A DNA stretch of 64,000 bases from Eledone cirrhosa (Eukaryota), in NCBI GenBank assembly GCA_964016885.1, contig OZ024747.1, positions 25,978,001 through 26,042,000 on the forward strand. The letters are read 5' to 3'. Below, piece after piece: positions 57,122 through 64,000 of this stretch. The position numbers were made by a program, and so were the translations under genes. Under the pieces are notes generated by a model. That model searched no databases. It had not been told where the DNA came from and was given only the letters and a program-made list of their open reading frames with translations. How positions within the stretch are numbered: the stretch's first letter is position 1; each line of letters starts with the position of its first letter.

Positions 57122-57311
57122 ATAATGATGATGGTGATGGTGGTGGTGATGATGATGGTGGTGGTGGTGGTGGTGATGATGATGGTGGTGGTGATGAGGA
57201 TGGTGCTGGTGGTGGTGGTGATGATGGTGATGATGATTGTGATGATGATGATGATGATGATGGTGATGATGGTGATGATGGTGATGATGGTGATGATGAT
57301 GGTGATGATGG

Positions 57312-57342
<31 letters not shown>

Positions 57343-57710
57343 GATGGTGATGGTGATGATGATGATGGTGATGATGATGGTGATGATGGTGATGATGATG
57401 ATGATGATGATAAAAACGGAAAAAGTTCTGTCCGTCTGTCTGTTTAAGGTGTTTGTTGAAACTCAACAAATAGTAGAAGACCCAATAATCTTATGATGAT
57501 GATGATCATGATGTGCAAACCGTCAACATCCTCATCATCATCATCATCATCGTCATTATCATCATCATCATCATCATCATCATCGTCATTATCATCATCA
57601 TCATCATCATCATCATCGTCATCATCATCATCGTCATCATCATCATCATTATCATCATTATCATCATTATCATCATTATCATCATTATTATTATCATCAT
57701 CATCATCATC
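57122..57710. repeat. (GAT/GGT)n array followed by a complementary (CAT)n array
   Basis: Direct reading. Confidence 0.9.
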
Positions 57711-58497
57711 AACAAGAACAAGAACAACAGCAACAACAGCCCCCCCCCTCCCGCCATCAACAAACAATAACAATAATTGTTTCTACTTTAGGTACAAAGC
57801 CAGCAGCTTGAAGGGGGGGGGGAGTCGATTAAATCGACACCAGTGCGTTACTGGTATTTTATCGACCTCGTAAGGATGACAGGCAAAGCTAACCTCAGCG
57901 GGATTTGAACTCAGAACGTAATTAAATACCACAAAGTATTTTGTTCGACACCTTAACAACAACAACAATAATAATAATTGTTTCTTATATAGGCACAAGG
58001 CCAGCAATTTTGGTGGAGGGGGAAGTCGATTAAATCTACTCCAGTGCGTGACTGGTACTTTATTTTATCGACCCCGTAAGGATGAAAGGCAAAGTTAACC
58101 ACGGCGGGATTTGAAGTCAGGACGTAAAGGGCCATAACTCTATGGTGCAAAGCATGACGTCCGACCCTCTACCGATTATGATAATAATATTGATTTTAAA
58201 TATTTTCTTCGAGAGTGCGAGAGTATGGAAGTGAGATAGAGATATAGAGGAAGCGTCGCCCACGGTATTAGTACTTGATTTATCGACCTCAAAAGCTTGA
58301 TAGGCAAAGTTGACCTCAGTGCAGTTTGAACTCAGTGTTCACTGGATAAATAAAATACTGGCTGCCAAGGGAAATAATTCAATGTTGATAGGAGTATTTA
58401 ATAGAAAAACAACGAAATAGAGGAAAAGAAGGGAAAATGCAAGGATTGTTAAGCATCGAAATAAAGGGGGAAAGGGAAAGGGTGACAGACTCTACAC

Positions 58498-58790
58498 TTA
58501 AATCAGAGTGGTGTTTCGGCTGCACCCCACGGACAAAATGGCAAAGGCATTGCCGCGGACAATGGCCAGCAACACCCGTTGCAACAGCCACAACACCTCG
58601 CCGGGCTTCTTCCTCATACGGGCTGTTGTCAATCCGATTTTACAGAGAAGGTCTGTTGTACAAGAAGGTCCGAGAACGCTAGGAGTTTCGATGGCAGCTG
58701 GTGCAAAGAGGAAGCACCCGGACAAGCCTCGGTAATTACTTATCTACCTGTCCTCTGCATTGCAGGCCGCGGCACCGGGGTTTGTGCCGA
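58498..58790 (-). mobile_element. CRE-like REL LINE C-terminal fragment
   Basis: FAPAAIET..LG..WLLQRVLLAIVRGNAFAIL. Confidence 0.65.
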
Positions 58791-59130
58791 CAACTAATAT
58801 TCCGTTGTTAAACAATCCCTGTACTGTAAATGAAAACTGAATGTTTTAAAAATGTTTAACGAGCACCGTAGGAATGTTAGACTCCATTGAAATTCAAGCA
58901 CACATAACAATGGCGATTTTATACAAATTGTAGCGTCAACTAGACTCAATTATCATTTGTTGTTAAATATTGCATACTTATTACTTCAGAGAAGTATAGA
59001 AACTATCTTAGAATCTACCGAGCAAATAGAATGTAGATGCAGCAATAGTTTTACTAAATCATGGATTATAATTTGTAATTGGAATATATATACATATATG
59101 TATACACACACACACACACACACACGCACG

Positions 59131-59163
<33 letters not shown>

Positions 59164-59170
59164 ACGCACG

Positions 59171-59217
<47 letters not shown>

Positions 59218-59220
59218 ACA

Positions 59221-59307
<87 letters not shown>

Positions 59308-59308
<1 letters not shown>

Positions 59309-61432
59309 ATATAAAATCAAAAGATGGTTAAAAGAGTTCCATGTATTTTATTATGCGCATTTCAAAAACAAATATCATCATGGGATGATATTTGCGTTCT
59401 CATCAGATAAAATAGGGAGACATGATATGAAGCTTAAAAAACACTTGCGAGCAGTGAAGTGTTAAATCAACATATGAAAAATAAAATAAGATGGATATAG
59501 GAGATTGGGAAAAAAGAAGGGAGGGTGGGGGGGAAGGTAAGGAAGAGGAAGAAAGAATATAGATAGAAGAGAAAAAATATAATAATAAGGAAAGGATGAC
59601 GGAGGAGGAGTATAAGAAGGAAGGATGAGAGAGGAGGAGAAAATGAGTGAGAGAGAGAGAGAGAGAGAGATAACCTTTAATACTGAGAAATCACAGAGAA
59701 AAATTAAAAAAAACCGTTGTAAGATAATACATAATTTAAAAAAAATTTAGAAATTAAAAGTTAATGAGGTTTATGAATGGTGATGCTTATGATTAAAGAA
59801 AAAGGAATTAAGAATACTATTTATTTAAGGTTTATATATTGAAGGGTTTAATAAGATGTGCGAAAAGGAATTTATTAAAATGTATTATTAAACTAAAATA
59901 TATTAAGAAGATAAGGTGAATGAAGATAAGGTTAAAGGAATTATGAACTTAGAGGAATTAATTAGGGTCCAATATTGTAATAGGAAAAAGTAAATAATAG
60001 ATTTAATACGAGCACGGAAGGAGAGAAGAAAGAAGAGATTCAAGGAAGAAAAAATATAACGTCAAAAAAATATGTTTACAAAATTCTCTAATGGTAATAT
60101 TAGTATATATTAAAAATAAAAATTTGTATGGCCGAGAATATAAGGAAAATGCTATAGTGAGTTATAATATGAGTTAAGAAGTAATTGAGAAGTAAAAGTT
60201 GCAGATTAAAGATTAGAAATTAAAAAAGAAGAAAATTAGGGGACCGCTAACGACATAGTATGAGTAATATTGTATAATTGTTTCTACTTTTGGCACAAGG
60301 CCATCAATTATCCCAGTGCATTACTGGTACTTTATTTTATCGACCTCGTAAGGATGAAAGGCAAAGTCAACCTCGGCGGGATTTGAACTCAGATCGTAAA
60401 GGGACGTAACTATGCTGGAAAGCATGGTGTCTGACCCTCTACCGATACTGCCAATCCACCGAAATAAGGTAGAAATATAGAAATATAGAAATATACTGAA
60501 ATAAGGTAGAAAAAATATAAAAGCGTTTGAGAAAAAGATTTTAAACTTATTAGGTAGTAAGATATTAGCTGTATACTTTACGGAAAGTTCTATGGGATTT
60601 ATGTAAGCAGAGCGAAAATGAATCCGTACGTCTATTTATTATAGAATTAAAATTAGAGATAATGGTAAATTTCTCCGCTAGGCAGAGATTACATGTTCTG
60701 GATAGGGAAGAATTAAGGTAAGGTGAGGCGTTGCAAACCTTCCGCCAAGAAATGTTGTAGTTAATATTTTTGTCCTTTAAGGACCATATGAGTTCTGAGA
60801 GTGCCGTGTTAGTTCTTTTAAGTTGGTATTTAAAAGAGAAATTGTGATTATAAAATCTTGCTTTAAAGGAAGTGGAAGTGGAACCAAAATAGGTAAAAGA
60901 ATTAGTACCAGTTATAACCTTACATTCATACACTAAATTTTTATCAAGACATTGGTTACTAAGAGGACATTTAGTTCTAATAGGGCAATTGCAATTACGA
61001 TTAGAGAAATTACCAGAGTTATTAGCAAGTGACCCAGTATTATTTATAGAAGGAATTGATTTGGAGAAGTTACTTACGATAGGTGCTAAAGTTTCCTGAT
61101 TTAGATTGGTATTATGAACATTCGACAAAGTTACGTTTGACGTCGTATTTAAATTTACGGAATCTAGCCTAGAGTTAACATTGACGTCGGGCTTACTATT
61201 GTTATTATTATGACATTCACTGTTGGATGGATATAATTTATTACTTAATATTTTATTATTATGTTTTGAGATAATGTTAGAGATGTTGGAAGTGGTGTAA
61301 TAAGAGAATTTAATTGTATGTTTATTAAAGATCTTACTATAAATATGTGAAGGAGAGAAGCATTTATCTAAGGCCCTAAAAAATAGTTTAGGAATATTAC
61401 TAATAATAGATAGAGAGAAAGGAGCGTTGTAC

Positions 61433-61437
<5 letters not shown>
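59308..61437 (-). mobile_element. 5'-truncated Penelope-like element (PLE-E, Neptune/Nematis-like) between (TA)n tracts, with SINE-N in its 3' UTR
   Basis: WYNAPFS at the 5' junction; ORF 60565-61128 CNC..CPL..C..LVY..YFG..FKARF..CNLCLAEK; hammerhead near the 3' end. Confidence 0.88.
59344..59414 (-). ncRNA. Minimal hammerhead ribozyme in the PLE-E 3' end
   Basis: TATTTTAT-CTGATGA-GAACGCAAATATCATC..GATGATATTTGTTTTT-GAAA-TGCGCA-TA-ATAAAATA. Confidence 0.8.
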
Positions 61438-61469
<32 letters not shown>

Positions 61470-61472
<3 letters not shown>

Positions 61473-61865
61473 CAAAAAATAGAGGTAAGACACACGAGTT
61501 GTGATATATTAGTAAAAAGGAAAAAAAAATGCTGACAAACTTTTCCCAGTGAAAAATAGTTTAATTAGGAATAAGTATAAATTAGTAATAAGTATTGGTT
61601 AGTATTCAGTTTTAGTTTTAAGTTTTTACCGGTTGCGCATTTCTAATGCTTTTCAAAAATAATTTTGAGATAGAGCGCTCGTGATAGCAAACATCACGAG
61701 CGCTCTATCTCAAAATTATTTTTGAAAAGCATTAGAAATGCGCAACCGGTAAAAACTTAAAACTAAAACTGAATACTAACCAATACTTATTACTAATTTA
61801 TACTTATTCCTAATTAAACTATTTTTCACTGGGAAAAATTTGTCAGCATTTTCTTTCCCTTTTTA

Positions 61866-61870
<5 letters not shown>
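61470..61870. mobile_element. Fold-back element (centre ~61690) between (TA)n tracts
   Basis: ~180-bp inverted arms, left arm with extra tail; degenerate hammerhead-like motif ending CCGG-TA. Confidence 0.82.
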
Positions 61871-61947
<77 letters not shown>

Positions 61948-62034
61948 TATATATATATACATATATACATACATATATATATATATACATATATATATAT
62001 ACATATATATGTATATATATACATATATATATAT

Positions 62035-62094
<60 letters not shown>

Positions 62095-64000
62095 TGGCTG
62101 CCAACTCGTTTTCGAGTACGGCCACTACTTTATATCCATGTAGGAGGACCCCTACCGATGCGCTGAACGAGTGTGACTTTTCAGTCCGGCCAGCGACTTG
62201 AAAACCCCGGTACAAACACTACACATGTGACAATTATTGACACATAGTGCTGGGCCCATGGTACCATGTCACGACAAGTGCAGAGAGATCTCCAGATATA
62301 AAGCAATGCCTGTGCCGTGAAGTTTTTATAGTGAGCAAAGGCACTGCACAAAGCCAGTCTCACTCTCTTAACCAAGATGATATTTACCAAAAAGAAGAAC
62401 AAGTCAACATCATTGGATATCATCAGGGTTGCAGGTGTGATATCAGAGTTTTCCTTCTCCTAGAATTCTGCCTTGACAAAGGCTAAGGGGTCATCTCTCC
62501 CGGTGATTTTGGATGGCCATTGACTCTTAAGAGCTCCTTTGCCCTTTGACAGGTTTTGTTTTTAGTCCTGCAGGATGTCCAAAGTCACCCTCCTCACCAA
62601 GAAACCTTGGTGGGGTTGCCAGTTTAGTCGCCAACGACCCGACCATGGGACAGGTTGTACTGGGATACATGTTACCAGTAGCACCAATATATATATATAT
62701 ACATGTGTATATACATACATATATATGTATACACATATTTTTATGTAAACAAAATGCAGACTATACGAAGCTATATTAATAGGCAACTGCGTAAACTTCG
62801 TGATGTGCCAAATAAATATTTAATCAAGTTTCAAATTTACTTAAAGATATTGCATACTTTCTACTTCTACATAGATTATGACATGTCGGCGAAATAGCAG
62901 AGTTGTTAGAACGTCGGATAGAATGCTTTGCAGTATTTGTTTCAGCTCTCTACTCTTAGAGTTCAAATCCCACCGAAGTCAACTTTACCTTTCATACATT
63001 CGAGGTGGATAAAAAAAAAGTACCAGTCTAGTACTTCCTTTATATCTTTTTCTCATTTCCATTCTTTCACTTTCTATCCTTCTCTGGAAGAAATCTGCTG
63101 TACTCAGGCCTGGAGAAGTTTGAGCTTCGCCAGGTTATAAAAATGTCAATATGGCGTCCTCAAGACTCTCTCAGTCGTTACGGGACTACATAGATTATGA
63201 CATGCAGTACTGAATATTTATGCATAGTTTTAGAAACTGTTATATAATGTTCATATGTGATGATTCTCTAAAATAACATACTATACTATTAGACCAGTTG
63301 AAATTTGAAAAGATGTGTTATTTATTGAGTCGGTCCCGGGATATTTAGCGCCATAGTATAGCTCTATAATGTGTGCCACTTTTTCTCAGTTATATGTATA
63401 ATTCTCTCGAATAAAATAATTTCAACTTACAATTTGTAAGCTGATGAACTCACCTTTTGACATTTCTTGTCCTGATCACAATCAGCCTGTAGTTTCTACT
63501 ACACAGGGTGCATTCACCCACACTAAACTATGTGACAGGTCATAACTACATACGACAATCACCACCGCTTTGGATAGTTCCACAACACTGCTAAACACAA
63601 AATAGGTTTCGCAATCTAATTATTGATCGCAAGAAATTATCATACGAGTAAATTTCTATAAAACTGTGATTCTTTGAGGCTCAGTAATACAACTTTCTGA
63701 AGTGTGCGCCCTAGGCGGAAGTCTAGTTCACCTTAATGATCGCATCTGGCTAATTTGAACTGTGAAGGCGCATGCGTAAGGTGTTCGGCTCACGATCGTA
63801 ATGTCATGAGTTTGACATCCAGCACCGCCTTGTGTCCTTGAACTTGACATGCAGCGTTAGTTCACTCAGTTGGTAAAAATGTAATTCAAATGGCCAGTCT
63901 TGTTATATATTGTATTCCGCTGAACGTCCTACGTGGTTGTGGAATACTCAGCCATTTGTGCGTTAATTTCAAGAGCAGGCTATTCCATTGCGCAAACAAC

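Noticed and set aside
57050-57873. Poly-His, poly-Asp and poly-Met ORFs
   Set aside because: (GAT)n/(CAT)n trinucleotide arrays

Overview
Eukaryotic, AT-rich, repeat-saturated DNA, most likely from an octopus or other cephalopod (inferred from the SINE families and microsatellite load). There is no intact host gene, rRNA, real tRNA or CRISPR array, and most short ORFs in the track are translated microsatellites. The window is a stack of retroelements, each associated with its own microsatellite: R4/Dong-like restriction-like-endonuclease (REL) LINEs in (TAA)n and (TATG)n; a full-length but disabled Tx1/L1 LINE plus Nin/Deu-domain-like SINEs in (TTA)n; RTE and CRE fragments; and several Penelope-like elements (PLEs, RT + GIY-YIG) in (TA)n. 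The most striking structure is about 19 fold-back (palindromic) insertions of 0.2-1.3 kb, mostly between (TA)n tracts. Several are demonstrably the 3' ends of PLEs present elsewhere in the window. About 21 type I hammerhead ribozyme motifs (17 with intact CUGANGA/GAAA cores, read by eye) lie in these hairpins and related PLE ends, most of them minimal with family-specific palindromic helix III. One element is a non-coding ~477-bp tandem unit that looks like a retrozyme. Three phase-compatible candidate exons hint at a + strand host gene. Repeat boundaries are approximate (about +/-10 nt) and clade names come from motif recognition, not database searches.
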